In this document: piece after piece, positions 12,208-26,465 of the stretch
How the letters are laid out: each line of letters opens with the position of its first letter
How positions within the stretch are numbered: the stretch's first letter is position 1
Assembly (NCBI RefSeq): GCF_001194135.2
Contig: NC_068986.1
Coordinates: forward strand, 111,521,560-111,585,559
Direction of reading: 5' to 3'
Origin: Octopus bimaculoides
Taxonomy: Eukaryota
DNA: 64,000 nucleotides
Position numbers and translations under genes: made by a program
Notes under the pieces: model-generated
Seen by the model: only the letters and a program-made list of their open reading frames with translations
What the model was told of the DNA's origin: nothing
Databases searched by the model: none

Positions 12208-12289
12208 CCATAGTTCCATAAATATCCTTCTCGTTCTGTAGGCTCATAAATCCGGTTTTGGGATCTTTGTGACGCAAATATTTCACTGC

Positions 12290-12450
12290 ATCCTTGATAG
12301 GACGCCTCGTCATTTTGATTGGTTGAGGGGACGGAAGTAGTGTGATAGATAATGTATTACTCAAGTACAGAGCGTATCGGCCGATTCAGGACTCGAATCC
12401 ACAAACTTATGATCATGAGTCCAACAACCTAACACATAACGACACAGCTC
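12290..12450 (-). mobile_element. Degenerate tRNA-derived SINE head, family B-like
   Basis: Minus strand GTTGGACTCATGATCATAAGTTTGTGGATTCGAGTCCTG...TACTTGAGTAA resembles the head of 28052-28370. Confidence 0.5.
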
Positions 12451-14017
12451 CACACTACAATATTTACACACACACACACACATATATATATGCACACTAT
12501 CATATATGAATGTTACTATATATGTGTGTGTATGTGTGTGTGCGTGTATATATATGTATATATATATACATATATGTGTATATATATATATATATACAGC
12601 TATAAATACAATAGATAACACTTCAATATTGTTTATTGAAGAAAATATTTTATTTCCCCATATGGCATAATTTCTGTATAAATATTGAAATGGAAATTAT
12701 ATTTCCTGATCATTCTAACATGCAATTATATGCAGGCGTTTCTTAATGCTTATGACATTAAGATGCGGATTATCAAGATTATATCATCGGATTAAAAATA
12801 GAAAGCTTTGCACTTTGAAAATTAAATATGTCTAATGAATTATGCTAAATCCATTTTAGAATATCTCTTGAGAATTCCTAATGGGTTTGACCAAAGCCAA
12901 GGAAAATTTGGGGGAAAATTTCAATGCTAGATTATTGTGTATTATGAAAACAGTACGTTGTTTAAAATGTTAATTATTATAGCATTCACTCAAACATAAA
13001 TGAGCACACAAGCACTTACACATACGCACAAAGAAATAAACAAACACATAAGCTTTACATGTATTTCTGTAGCGTATAATAGTATGTCATGCGGTAACCA
13101 ATACATAAATGGTTGAATAACTTTATAACGCCATTTCTTCAGAAGAAAAATGTGCAGAAATCTAATGCTGCTCACCAGTGTCAGATGAGAACTGCGTGCA
13201 CATTCAGCAGAATATTTTATATATAGCAGTTAAAGGAAAAGAATTTCATGATTCTTTTTATATTATCAGAGAAATAAAATAAAGATCAAGGATATAGACA
13301 TAGAGAAAAAAAGGGAACTGTTATCATTGCAAGCTGGATATCTTGGAAAGAGGAAAAAAATTGCTACTCAGCTATGAAGGTCACAGAAAGTATCAAGATA
13401 ACACTGATAAATAGCTAAGGATTTAGTAGCAGGAAAAGGGTTAGAAAGTGAATACGATAGGCACACATCGCACTAACGCATACAAGTATATGAAAGGTAA
13501 CACAATTTTAAGTATTCGCTGCTGTGTATAGCCACAGAATTCAATTGCATCGCCATGACATTACCCGAGACTGAGTGTTTATTGAGCGAGAACACCTAAA
13601 GCTCCACAAGGCACCGGCAGAGGGTGCTGGTGAACCCTGGAATCCAGAAACATTTTAGATATTTTTTTCTTTCAATGAGTGTGAACTTTTAAAATGTGAG
13701 AAGACTCGGCTTGAGACCAAATATTACGCGCCATACACATGCATCATTCCGAACGCTCATGCCATAGACCCGCCCACACAAACATACAGTATACTTACCA
13801 GAATGCAAACAGACATACAAATCAATATACTTTAAATTGCAAGATGAAAAATCAACGATTGGGACCAGAGCAATGGAGCTAAATGCATTATATATATGTC
13901 TGGAACTGACTCTCCGATTTGATAGCAAATCAAATTGTTTTCTATAAGAAATTAATGGGAATTGGGCATTTATATATATATATACTTTATTTAAAAGCAG
14001 CAGAAATAGCACAAAAG

Positions 14018-14048
14018 CTGTTATTCAGTTTCACGTTCCGTTCGTCAG
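14018..14048 (-). ncRNA. Hammerhead-like motif, left arm
   Basis: Reads CTGACGA-ACG-GAA-CGT-GAAA-CTGAA-TA-ACAG. The core is canonical; the stem I partner and stem III are degraded. Confidence 0.55.
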
Positions 14049-14067
14049 ATTGTTCTGTTAGACAAAA

Positions 14068-14105
14068 CTGTCCGACGAACGGGAACGTGAATCTCTGAGT
14101 AACAG
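14068..14105 (+). ncRNA. Hammerhead-like motif, right arm
   Basis: Stem I CTGT/ACAG; core CCGACGA (U4C); stem II ACG-GGAA-CGT; GAAT (A15.1U); stem III CTC-T-GAG; triplet GUA. Confidence 0.6.
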
Positions 14106-14216
14106 ATTTTGTGACATTTTTGCTGCTTTTAAATAAAGCATATTACTCTACCTCTGCTATTTTAGTACTCCTTTTTCCAACTTGTGTCGCGTTTATGTGC
14201 TTACTTCGGGGTATAC

Positions 14217-14257
<41 letters not shown>

Positions 14258-15195
14258 GGTGTGTGTGTGTGTGTGCGTGTGTGCGTGTGCGAATGTATGC
14301 GTGTGCGCGCGCGCGTCTGTGTCTGTGCGTGTGTATGTGTGTGTATGTAGGTTGGTAGATTCTTGCGTTTAGTTGATGTCCATTTTCCAAGAACCCATAG
14401 ATACAATTAAAACTTCGACAGGCTCGCAATAGAGGCTACTTTTTTTCCTCCTTATGTTACGACGCATATGAACAAGCAACAGAAGATTCGTGCCTTCCAA
14501 GGGATGCACATGTAGAGATAAGTTCCGTTTTTTGGTAAAGTACAGGTTTCAGCAAAGCATGACAATGGTCGTACAGATATTAAATGCTAAACAGTGCCGT
14601 GCAAGGAAAATTTAAATCGTGAAATAACAACAATATTTCGTATCTTAGGTGGCATTCAACAACTCTTTCGGCATTAATGTGAAAACTTAAAAAATGAAAG
14701 ACAATTACGACATCAAATTGGAAAATCCTTTCTAAATCCAAACCCTATTTTGACGTGACTAAAAACTGTCTTTTGTGTTCACTTGAAAAAGTTATTTTAT
14801 AACTTGAGAGCCTCCAGCGAATACATAACTACGAAATTTGATCCTGTATGTCGGCATTTCAGAAAATACATATTCTCGGAATTTAAAAGAAGTCCACCGC
14901 ACACTTAGTAAGCCGTTAACATCTGATTTACGTCTGCTTGACATCCATTTAGTGTAACGTTGCTTATCTCTCTTGTACATTTTCCTTTAGTCTTTTTTTT
15001 TTAAAGCGTCGCTTGTTTAAACGTTATCTGCTCAGAGGTCAAGTGACAAACAGTCTTGATTCACCTTGACAAATGACGGAATATATTAATATTTCGAGCA
15101 GGAAAACATGGCTATCTGGAATACTCTTTTTTTTTCATTTTAAGGATATATATATATTACACACACACACACGCATACACACACACATACACACA

Positions 15196-15240
<45 letters not shown>

Positions 15241-15679
15241 TCACACATGCACACATAGATACGTGTGCGTTGCGTATAGATATATGCTTATAACGATTTC
15301 TATTTGTTTGTCAGAGGAATACAATGCATTTATACAGCATTGAACAACCTACAGCACGCAGGTGCCACTTTAATCATGTTTCCTTTCTGCAAGTACGTTC
15401 ACATATGTACCAGTCGAACTGTCTGCCTTATGGCATCGCCAGGTCCATTGCCTTACCGCCGACGTAAATGGAAAAAGAATTTCTCCCATTGAATTTCACA
15501 TTTCATGCATGCCAAATAACGAGAACGTTAATCCCAATATACGGTTAGCTTCAATGGATTATTAGGTGCATGATGTTTTTAGTCTGCGATTATCACTAGC
15601 TGTCCGAAAATGTAACGTTCCTAACCCTAGTGTAGTACGATATGTATGTGTCTACCGAACTATTTACGCATGATGTTTG

Positions 15680-15726
<47 letters not shown>

Positions 15727-16015
15727 ATATATATATAAATATATATAAAGGGCATTAACTGTGTATTAATGCCTCACGCTATCGAGGGACTAAATAAGTA
15801 AAAAAAACTACCAAAAATAAGTAACATATTTACCGAAAGCGAGGGAATGCAGCTTTTCAAAATTTATCTCTTAAAAACATTTAACTCAACGGTAGACCAC
15901 TGGTTTCTCAATCAAATACAGAAAAAAACTTTGAAGTAACCTGTATTCTTTTGTTCTTCAGTACACGTATGGTCAAGATATATAAAAATAAACAAGAATC
16001 AACCTACCACGATGT

Positions 16016-16724
16016 NNNNNNNNNNNNNNNNNNNNNNNNNNNNNNNNNNNNNNNNNNNNNNNNNNNNNNNNNNNNNNNNNNNNNNNNNNNNNNNNNNNNN
16101 NNNNNNNNNNNNNNNNNNNNNNNNNNNNNNNNNNNNNNNNNNNNNNNNNNNNNNNNNNNNNNNNNNNNNNNNNNNNNNNNNNNNNNNNNNNNNNNNNNNN
16201 NNNNNNNNNNNNNNNNNNNNNNNNNNNNNNNNNNNNNNNNNNNNNNNNNNNNNNNNNNNNNNNNNNNNNNNNNNNNNNNNNNNNNNNNNNNNNNNNNNNN
16301 NNNNNNNNNNNNNNNNNNNNNNNNNNNNNNNNNNNNNNNNNNNNNNNNNNNNNNNNNNNNNNNNNNNNNNNNNNNNNNNNNNNNNNNNNNNNNNNNNNNN
16401 NNNNNNNNNNNNNNNNNNNNNNNNNNNNNNNNNNNNNNNNNNNNNNNNNNNNNNNNNNNNNNNNNNNNNNNNNNNNNNNNNNNNNNNNNNNNNNNNNNNN
16501 NNNNNNNNNNNNNNNNNNNNNNNNNNNNNNNNNNNNNNNNNNNNNNNNNNNNNNNNNNNNNNNNNNNNNNNNNNNNNNNNNNNNNNNNNNNNNNNNNNNN
16601 NNNNNNNNNNNNNNNNNNNNNNNNNNNNNNNNNNNNNNNNNNNNNNNNNNNNNNNNNNNNNNNNNNNNNNNNNNNNNNNNNNNNNNNNNNNNNNNNNNNN
16701 NNNNNNNNNNNNNNNNNNNNNNNN
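16016..16724. other. Assembly gap (N run); 14 more at 25545-25787, 27956-27965, 28857-29600, 36735-37058, 42691-43041, 43527-44000, 45609-46458, 49560-49900, 50994-51161, 53382-53391, 54737-54775, 57303-57985, 58476-58624, 63577-63586
   Basis: Runs of n, mostly bordered by (TA)n, (TC)n, (TG)n or (TAG)n. Confidence 0.99.
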
Positions 16725-16737
16725 TATATATATATAC

Positions 16738-16770
<33 letters not shown>

Positions 16771-16792
16771 TGTATATATACATGTATGTATG

Positions 16793-16826
<34 letters not shown>

Positions 16827-18695
16827 CGTGCGTGTGTGTGTGTGTGTGTGTGCTGTCTCTGTGTGTATTTGTCTTCATGCGTATATATGCGTAGTGTATG
16901 CTGTAAGAAAAGTTTACATTATTCACAACCATGTCAGACGGTAATATTGACACTGGTGACTGCTTATTGATTTTATGATTTTTACAATTTCTAACTTAAA
17001 GTGACATTTTATATTAATATTACTTTTTCTTCGCAGTTACTTCTTTTTCTTTTACATTTTTTAGTTGTTGTTTTTTGCGCTCAGTGTTGTTCTTGTTTGG
17101 TACATTTTCTTCTCTTTTTTTTTACTTCTGCAAATACGTTCTGGTAATTAGATTAATCTATCTCTTATGGCAACTATCAAATCATTTATTTATGATTAAT
17201 TTATTATTGATCGATCTCTACCACTCTGTCATCCCCTGATATGAAGTCTCTCGCTAATCTTTTCCGAATGTTGTTTCTTCGTCTTTCTTGTTATTTTCGT
17301 TATTTCTGTTGTTCTTGTTTTTTCGCTCTGTACTGTGAGTTCAAATCCCTTCATGTTTATTCTTCCAGACAAAATTATAATCAAATGTTATTCCTCCTCA
17401 CAAATGTCAAGTCTTGTTAGAAATCATTTGCGTTCATCATGGCTGTCCTGTTAATTAGTGCATTGTGGATCAGTATAATGGTGCTGTTGTTGTTGTTGCC
17501 GTGCAACCCAGCTCAAACTTGGTGAAACAAAATACGACAATCTTTTCTTGCATTCATTATTGCACTTTTTTTTCTTTTATAGTACGGATTTCATTGTAGG
17601 TTGTATCTTTCACAAATTGTAACAAGTGATTTGACTGCTTTGTTTACTATTTTCAGGAAGAGAAATCATAGTGAAAACATTATTTCCGTAGTTCAGGCAG
17701 AAAATGGAGAACAGTCAGCTAAGTATTACATATTTTATACCTTATATGCTGATCTCAAGCCGCACTGGATTCTTTTCAAATGTGGACGTGTTCCGGTATA
17801 TTCAACATCATTCACATATTTCATGGTGTTATTCCTAAAGCAAAAATGATTCTTTGTAATTAGTCCTGATGTTCATTTGATAATCCATAAATGGCATTAT
17901 TTTTGTTTTACTATTATTATTATTATTATGGTTAATATTGTTTTTGCACTTTCGATAGTCTTAACTAACACGAGCTGTGTAAACTGAAAATAAATAATTC
18001 CTTTCAGAATTAGATTTTTTCTTCAAGGTGTGTTTGTAGATCTGTTAGATAGAGAAGTTCATTTCTTGTGCTTCCACCTTTGTGATTCGTTTGCTATAAA
18101 ACATTTGAAAACAACAATGTAAATATGGCTTCCATTGTGTTTACGTTTGGATACACCCATATATCTGTAACAGATATTTATAACTTAATGAAGAACAGAA
18201 CAGTTTAACAAACGAACTCACACGTCTAACATCGAAAATATATACGCAGAAAAATAAGAAATAGCACAGAAGAAAGCGACTGGTAACGCAAACAGTCGCA
18301 CGTCAATAGTCAGAAGGAGAGATGAAATTCAGCTCCCAAGTGAAGTAATAATAACAGTAACTTTGCTTTTAATGCTAACTAGGAATTACTTTTAAACATA
18401 AGTCGACTCCTTCAAAATAAAGGGTTGCAAGAAATATATACCCTTTAAAATGCCTCCTTCCTTAGCAGACTAATTCTGTATAAAACATTACTAAATGTAA
18501 TTAAAAATAAATGCGCATCTCTAAAAGGTGGCATTACCTTCCAAAAGCTATCAACGCAACAGTTAAATGAAGACGAAGTTGCTCGGTAGAGAGAATTGGG
18601 GTCCAAGTCCAAGGTAGAGAATACGGCAGCGAAGACGTGTAAGATATTCTTTAGAGCGAAGACGTGTAAGATATTCTGAATTATGTTCGTGTGTT

Positions 18696-18701
<6 letters not shown>

Positions 18702-18793
<92 letters not shown>

Positions 18794-18825
18794 TGAGTGT
18801 GTGTTTGTGTGTGTGTATGTGTGTG
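18702..18825. repeat. (TG)n microsatellite
   Basis: Long TG array. Confidence 0.97.
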
Positions 18826-21319
18826 CGGGAAGGTGTAAGATCGAAAAAGGTGTAGCACTCAACTTTTCAACTGAAAGATGTACCAAACTTTGAACGGAAA
18901 ACTATACCATATTATCAAAGAACCCGCGTCCTTCATTTAAAGTTTAGATCAAAACAGCAATAGCATTGGTTTGAAAGGTCCACAGCTCTTCCGTATGGTA
19001 TCATAGAGCCTCGTAGATCTCTGTGATGTACATGTGGCTTTGCCGAAAATGCAGACGAGTTGAAATTACATTTAAATAAATTTTCTGTCCAACAAATGAC
19101 ATACTGCAGGAAATCACACCGCTGGAAGGATCACAATTGAATCGTTACTTTATCCGACTCACAATCTCATTAGAAGGACTTTCTGAGACAGAGCGTCGAG
19201 ACGGAGTTGAAACAAGCAAGCAATCACACCAATGGTGGTGCTCCAGCTTGGCCACGGTCTCTTGAAGAAATCGAATGACTATAAGCGTGTAAGCATGTAC
19301 ACATGCTTACATGTTTATTTTAAATTCTTACATGTTTTCTACTTCATGTACAATTTTGCAGCTCCTATTATCAAATGAAACGCGTGTGCTAGTGAATACA
19401 TAACACCAGAATATTTTCCTGTCTTATGTTTTGACCGTATTACTTTTCAGAAAATACCATCAAGTATTTTGTACATTTATTCATTCCTCAAACAAATATA
19501 ACATCTACATACAGATTTGGAATACTGAAAGAAGCAGATACTGTACATAAAGTACAGTGCAGCAATTAAAATATTTCTATATTGTTGTAGCTAAATATAG
19601 GACATTCACGTTCAGGTTAGAAACAAGTAAGTAGAATATGTTATTACAATTTAGATATATCTTTATCGAAATATAATAGATATCGTCTATTTTAATGGTT
19701 TGAATATGGCTCACCGAAGATTGTAATCAAAGTAAACGATGATTGTCTTTCACTGTGATTTCTGCGTGTTGTCACCATCTCCAAGTTTATTCACGTCTTT
19801 GTTGCTTATATCGTTGAATAAGCACACCTCTCACGTATGTTGATGAATGAAATAATGCCATCACAAATTTGAAAAGCCGAACAAACTAAATATCCAGACG
19901 GCAGGTTGCATAGATCCGAGATCAGGAATTCTCTTCAGGACGCACAGGTAAAAAAGCGCAAGATAGTTTCTTCCTTCCAAGTCAACCAGTAGGACAACTA
20001 GTAGCAGACAACTAACAAGTTAGTCACGTTAGTCACACTTGGAGATTCATTTGTAAAATTTGATAGTTCCTTCTGACAGGGTTCTGTGAAGCCGATTACT
20101 GAACATCTACCGCAGCGGCCACCCCACGAATAGTGGGCGAACAAAATAGATCTATGGATGCAAAAACCATACTTGTGAGTTTTTCATGTTCAGCAAGTTT
20201 ATTTTTCTGTTGCAGCTGTTTTTATTAATATTTCGCATTATGCACACCAACACTTAAGAGATTCTTTTCTGTTTCTAATTTAAAAGCCCTGCGTTCAAAA
20301 TCATACACGTAGTTGCTCAAGTTAGATATTTTTTGTTTATATTTTTTCGTGAGTATATTGTTTTGTTGCTGTCTAATGTGTAAGTTTGTACATGTATTCG
20401 ATCATTTAGTTGTTCTGTCATAGCTGATGTATAAAATTGGATGTTTATTAATATGCAGTGACAATGTGAGACTTCGATTACCAGCAGATCGAATAATATT
20501 TTCGATGTTTCATCGTGTGGATAATATAACCGATATTCAATTAATGCATAATATCAATAATAAGAGAAACAATGCTTCATCAATAATAATTTTCAAACAA
20601 TTGAAGCACATTTTCAGCTAATGCGTTACAACCGCCATTTATAGCAAATTTGAATAATTTTATATTAGGAGTTGTGAATCCATGAGCTGAGAGTAATTTA
20701 ACTCCAATACAATTCAGTGTTTTGGAAGAAATAACCTCATCCGTAACTCTGTTTCTTTCGTTATTTTGTTTATTTTTCTCTTTTGAAAATATTCGGATTT
20801 CGTTTCAAGTAGCTTCTCTTTTACACTATTCTTTCAGTTGCTGCTGAATAATTTTGTGTGGATCGATTTGTAATTCTTAATACAAAATTCCTTTGATTCG
20901 CTATAAATGTCGGTAGGGTATTGACAGAAAATTTGCTTTGTTTAGTTTGTAATCATTACTGAATCATCATGATCACCAACGTCACCGTCCTCGTTATTTG
21001 GACACGCAAAAGAATACTTAGCGGCATTTCGTCCTTCTTTAACTGATGAATTAAAACTGCATGGAGATCAAATTTTCATTTGAATCTTTCTGGGCCAATA
21101 AAATTAAAAGGTCCTAATCAAGCCCTACCGTCAAAGGAATTGAGTTGATTCCTCATCCGAAATTTCAGGACCTTCTATCACTTGTAGAAAGGTTTAGCAT
21201 ATTGTGGTTGCTACAAATATTAGTTTTGATATTACCAACTAATTAGCTAGCCCTGAGTCAACATTTACAATTGCAACTATTGCTGCCGTTATTTTTGTTG
21301 TTGTTGTTGTTGTTGTTGT

Positions 21320-21960
21320 ATTAAGACACACAGCTTATTTTGCTGGGTATGATAAACAGCGTCAGCTGACCACAGGCAGTAGACTAAGGAGACACTTGTT
21401 TGAATGGTAATGCAACAAGAACCCTGCGAAGAATTCTTGTACGTTTCCGTCTAACACACAAACGTATTTCTAGATCATATTTAACCCCGCATGTATTCTT
21501 CTTTTCCACCATTGAACTTATCCCGTTATATTGCTTTTTCTTGACATCAACACCCAAATTTTCTGCTACAGATATACTTGCTGCCTTGACCAAATTATTT
21601 GTTTCTGTAATGTACTTTGTTTTGATGTATTTCAGAATTTCATTGACATTTTTCGGTTTCTGGTTCAATATCCACCGTTCAACCTTTTTAGTGCTGCAAA
21701 TAATGTCGCTATCGTTCTCCAGTAGCATTGCCTTCATTCTGTCGTAGATTGCTTTTTACCCATATTTCCTGTCACCATTAGTTTTATTATCTTCTTCCAG
21801 ACCATCTATATATCACTCATCAAGCGAGCTATCACGTTCATTTCTTGTTGTTTATTAGAGATCTCTGTTTACTGCTATGAGATTACTTTTATCAGTTAGA
21901 ACATGTTTTTTCATCGTATCCTCTGATGCTGTTTTCCAAACATTATGATTATTATTGTTA
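21320..21960 (-). mobile_element. Internally deleted R4/Dong-like LINE (ORF N-terminal part joined to ORF end and 3' UTR)
   Basis: Minus: ITETNNLVKAASISVAENLG, then frameshifted WWKRRI, then RILRRVL and a 3' UTR AAGTGTCTCCTTAGTCTACTGCCTGTGGTCAGCTGACGC similar to that at 51162-51205; (CAA)n tail. 21650-21850 is homologous to 50113-50310. Confidence 0.7.
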
Positions 21961-22184
21961 TTTTCATGGTCAATGAAATAGATAGCTATATTCATACTTA
22001 AGTGCTGGGTTCGATACAATTTCTTTCGCCCGAGAAAGAATTAGTTTCAAATGTGCTTTTTTTAATTAAATATTCTTCTTAGATTTAAGAGGTTCTAAAA
22101 TGATTGTAGAATATTAGAGAAATTGGAAAAAATCTTACTTACACGTTTCAACTTTATCACATATTTCAACATCTTTGTTCAAAC

Positions 22185-22267
22185 ATGAGATTACTTTTAT
22201 CAGTTAGAACTGTGTTTTCATCGTATCCTCTGATGCTGTTTTCCAAACATTATGATTATTATTGTTA
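22185..22267. repeat. Near-identical direct duplication of 21877-21960
   Basis: ATGAGATTACTTTTATCAGTTAGAAC...CCAAACATTATGATTATTATTGTTA occurs twice, 308 bp apart. Confidence 0.9.
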
Positions 22268-25200
22268 AACATTATGTTTCCATTAACTTTAATATAGTAA
22301 CCTGATGTGGAACGGTATTAAAGGTAACACACTTGTATTGTATTGTCTGCAATATAACGTTATTATTACATTCATAATAAATTTCTAATTGCACTTATGA
22401 TTGCAATATACATATCAAGGAAACTTGATATTATTTCGTTAATATTACGAAACAATATTATGTCGTTTCCTTATATTATTGTGGTAAAGGTTCCTTTCTA
22501 CGACCACACTCCAAATACAAAATCATAACCCGATCTTGCAATCTAGAAGGTCTTAGCAAACATCCAATCTGCTTTCACCGGGGAACTCATCGCACATTAC
22601 CGCTTGATGTCCAACGTATTAATAACCTAGCAAAGCTGTAATTATTTTGATAGATTCTTTAGAGTCTTGCAACAATTTGAATTCACGTCTATACAAAGTT
22701 TCTTTTACAACAAACATCTCAGTCTACCGTTATCCAAAGTGAACGTAGGCATCACCAACTTCTAGGACAGGCAACAAGTTGGACACTTTCAAAACTAATA
22801 GCATTAGCATATGTTGTTCATAAAATAACTAATAATTCGTGATTAGATAGATCTATCCCGATTGAACAGCAAAATATGTTATACGGAATTATATTTATCG
22901 TAATAATCACTTGGTAACGATCTTATCATCTGAACGATATTTCAGCTGAGTAAATATTATATATAATCGAACCTAAGGCATTCTTTCTAGTGTCCTTCTG
23001 CTCCTGATAAGCGTTCCGTTACGTCATTAATCAACAAAACAGAAAAAAAGAAATACAGTCTCCTTCAATTCAACACAAAATATGTGCGTAGTTAGATAAT
23101 CATTAATATATTATACAAACATAAATATTAACATAAACAGCCATTGGGGAAAGCCCTGAAATTCCGCATAACTCAGGCATTTATCCTTAATTTACATACG
23201 AAACTAAAACGAAAATAATAAGATATTTTAATTAAATCTCTAAGCTATGCGCTAATTAGATTGTTCTCAATATTTTATTTTCGTTTATAAGAGTTCATTT
23301 TATTTCTCTATTTTTAATATAGATCTAAAGTTTTTTTTTATTAATACTGTGATATTAAAATCTAATTTATCGCAAAACAAAATTAATAAATCATTTTGTT
23401 GCACAGATGTTTTTAACTAAATATCGAAATGTCGTATAACGATATACATCTAGTTAAAAGATAGACAGGTAGAATAAGTCTCATATTTATCATTTGTATT
23501 TTCAATGCAATAAAAACTAAAAGCATGAACGATTTTTTGCAAACAATTTCACACATAGGGATATGCAGACAAAGATTCCCTCATAAATTTACTTGTATAG
23601 ACACACTTCCAGATGAACAGGCATTTAAACCCATTTCAACTCATTTGATATATGAGCAGAATCTTTTTGTCGGAAGCTGCAGAAAACTACCTCACGCTCT
23701 GTTTTCCCTGTTTCTCACTTATACACACGAACACATACGCAGACATTCAGGCGCCCAGACCTCTGCGTATGTTTGTATCCCTGCTTGCGTATATTGTTAC
23801 TTCAGCGTAAATGAAACTGTATTGTTCAACGTTAGCGACAATATCTATAGACTTCTTTTTAATGAAAATTTTAATTTACAGTTGCCATGTCGCACTTTAA
23901 TGTTTACCATGGATTTCGTCAATATAATGAAATACTAAAATTTTCAGATTATACTAATCACCCAACAGTAGACTCATATTCTTTTCAGTCTGAATGAGTA
24001 ATTGCTGTAGATTAATATTAAAACCAATGCTTATCTTTTGATAAATAACTCTTTCACTGTTAATCTCCTTCAAATGACACTGTCAATATGAATATAATAT
24101 ATACAAAAACAGAATACTACATATAGAGACCCGGAAAATTATTAAACAGAGAAATCGTAGGCAACGTATTTTTAACAGATATGATCCTATATGTCACTCA
24201 AATAGTCATTTAGTTGTTTACAGGATATATCTAAACTGTATTAATATGCATTTCCCCAATCAGTTCATAAAATGATAGTAAAAGGAATCGTCTTATGGTG
24301 ATCTACAGTTTATAAAATGCATTGCCAAAAACTTTGCAGTAAGCAGTATATGCCGGAGACAAACTTTCGTTAAAAGCACTCGTATTATATCTGTGTATAA
24401 CTTCAGCAACCATGATTTCTCAATAAAGACATGTTTCCTTCTACCATGAATGTTTAGCTCAACGATATCTATTGTAAATAAGATTCACATAGCAAGTACA
24501 GGAAGTTTACGGATGTTCGATTTAAAAAGGATTCTTTGATCATCAGTATACATTCAGGTACTCAGAAAGGTGTTTAAACATATACATATATGTCTTTAAT
24601 TTCAAAATTTTGAGCGAACAGAATTGTGAAATTTCTGAAAATGTTTCTTCAAATCATTAATTACTGATGCAATTTAATCATCACATACATCGAAGGTCCG
24701 CAATTGATTCTCAGCAACAGACCTAATGTAACTTCTGTAATCCTGCATAGTCTGCCGAAAGTTGCTGGTACTTCCAAAGGACCATTTATCATGTTGCCTG
24801 ACATAGTTCTTTAACAGTATTGTTATTTAGTATTTGACTCTAACGGTGGCCTCCTAGCGAAGTAGTGTTTTTAACGTTTAAATGTATGGGCATGTAACAT
24901 CCCTAGACATAACATACATTGGGGACACTTAATCTCACTGCATAATTTCACAGACACAAATATACAGGCAATCATAGATAAACAAATACGTATATACAAG
25001 TATATACACACTTATATCATACATACTCATATAATTATTGACATAATGTTGGTAAATATCTGTGTCAAACACAAAATGCACTGAATTTGTAGGAAAAAAG
25101 TGAGTAACAAATATTTTGGAAATGCAATCGCTGAAGTCCAAAGTATGTGAAAATATTAAAACATAAACAAATGTTTCATAGTTCTTCGTATTTAAATTGT

Positions 25201-25511
25201 AGTGACGAAAATATGTTTATTTTTTGTTAGTCACAAGATCCTTCTATATAGTCGTACAAAAAAATCAAACATAAACGTATATCTAATTGTATGCTCATGT
25301 GGGGAGGTGCAGGAAAGTAACTATCCAATTTCTATCGTTATTTATATATGCGCAAGCGAGTGAGTGTGCGTGTGTGTGCGCGCGCTTACACACGAACCCT
25401 CACGAACTCATATTCACATATAGATAACGCTAAAAGTTGTGTGCTTCCACACACACACACTTATATGTATATATATATACATATACACGCATACGCATGT
25501 ACATACATTCA

Positions 25512-25544
<33 letters not shown>

Positions 25545-25787
25545 NNNNNNNNNNNNNNNNNNNNNNNNNNNNNNNNNNNNNNNNNNNNNNNNNNNNNNNN
25601 NNNNNNNNNNNNNNNNNNNNNNNNNNNNNNNNNNNNNNNNNNNNNNNNNNNNNNNNNNNNNNNNNNNNNNNNNNNNNNNNNNNNNNNNNNNNNNNNNNNN
25701 NNNNNNNNNNNNNNNNNNNNNNNNNNNNNNNNNNNNNNNNNNNNNNNNNNNNNNNNNNNNNNNNNNNNNNNNNNNNNNNNNNNNNNN

Positions 25788-25863
<76 letters not shown>

Positions 25864-26408
25864 CCTCTTGCAAAATTGATAAAATGATGGCTATTGAAAT
25901 TCTCTCACTTGGGGAATACTAAAAATTACTCCTTAAATTCTAACACCCCAAACAATGAAATAGAAATAATTGCTTGAATAAATTTCTGTTTGTTTATATT
26001 ACTCTCCGACTATAAATTAGAAATGTTAAAATAGAATTCTGGCTTCGTTCACTAGATTTGGTGCATCAGTTTTTACTGCAACCTGCCAAATATTGTGGCT
26101 GCCAAATAGGTGTATTGTCAATAAGTAAATCTGTCTTCCTTGTCTAGCTGCAGTCTAATATATACATGTGTACGCACATATAAACACGTGGACATACACA
26201 CACAGACTTGATAAAACGTGCATACATACACATATGTGTGTGTGTGCGTGTGTGTATGTGCGTGCATTAGTGTATACCTATACAGAAACTTAATTAGACC
26301 GTACGGACTACTAATTCATATATACATGTGCGTTATTTTAATGTATGTATATATATATATATGTATATACATATGTATGTGTGAATATATATATACGTAT
26401 ATATATAA

Positions 26409-26465
<57 letters not shown>

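Larger units (their letters stand above)
13985..14213. mobile_element. Fold-back element (~65-70-bp arms, 13985-14138) with a hammerhead-like motif in each arm and a 3' extension, flanked by (TA)n
   Basis: CTTTATTTAAAAGCAGCAG...TTCACGTTCCGTTCGTCAGA pairs with TCCGACGAACGGGAACGTGAA...GCTGCTTTTAAATAAAG. Confidence 0.85.

Noticed and set aside
17439-17525. Signal-peptide-like micro-ORF MAVLLISALWISIMVLLLLLPCNPAQTW
   Set aside because: Hydrophobicity comes partly from a (TTG)n repeat; weak donor and an immediate stop.
18628-18677. Exact 23-bp direct repeat with 27-bp period
   Set aside because: Only two units; an ordinary slippage duplication, not CRISPR.
24689-24797. Minus-strand exon candidate with GAT|GTATGT donor
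   Set aside because: Poor polypyrimidine tract and no recognisable peptide.
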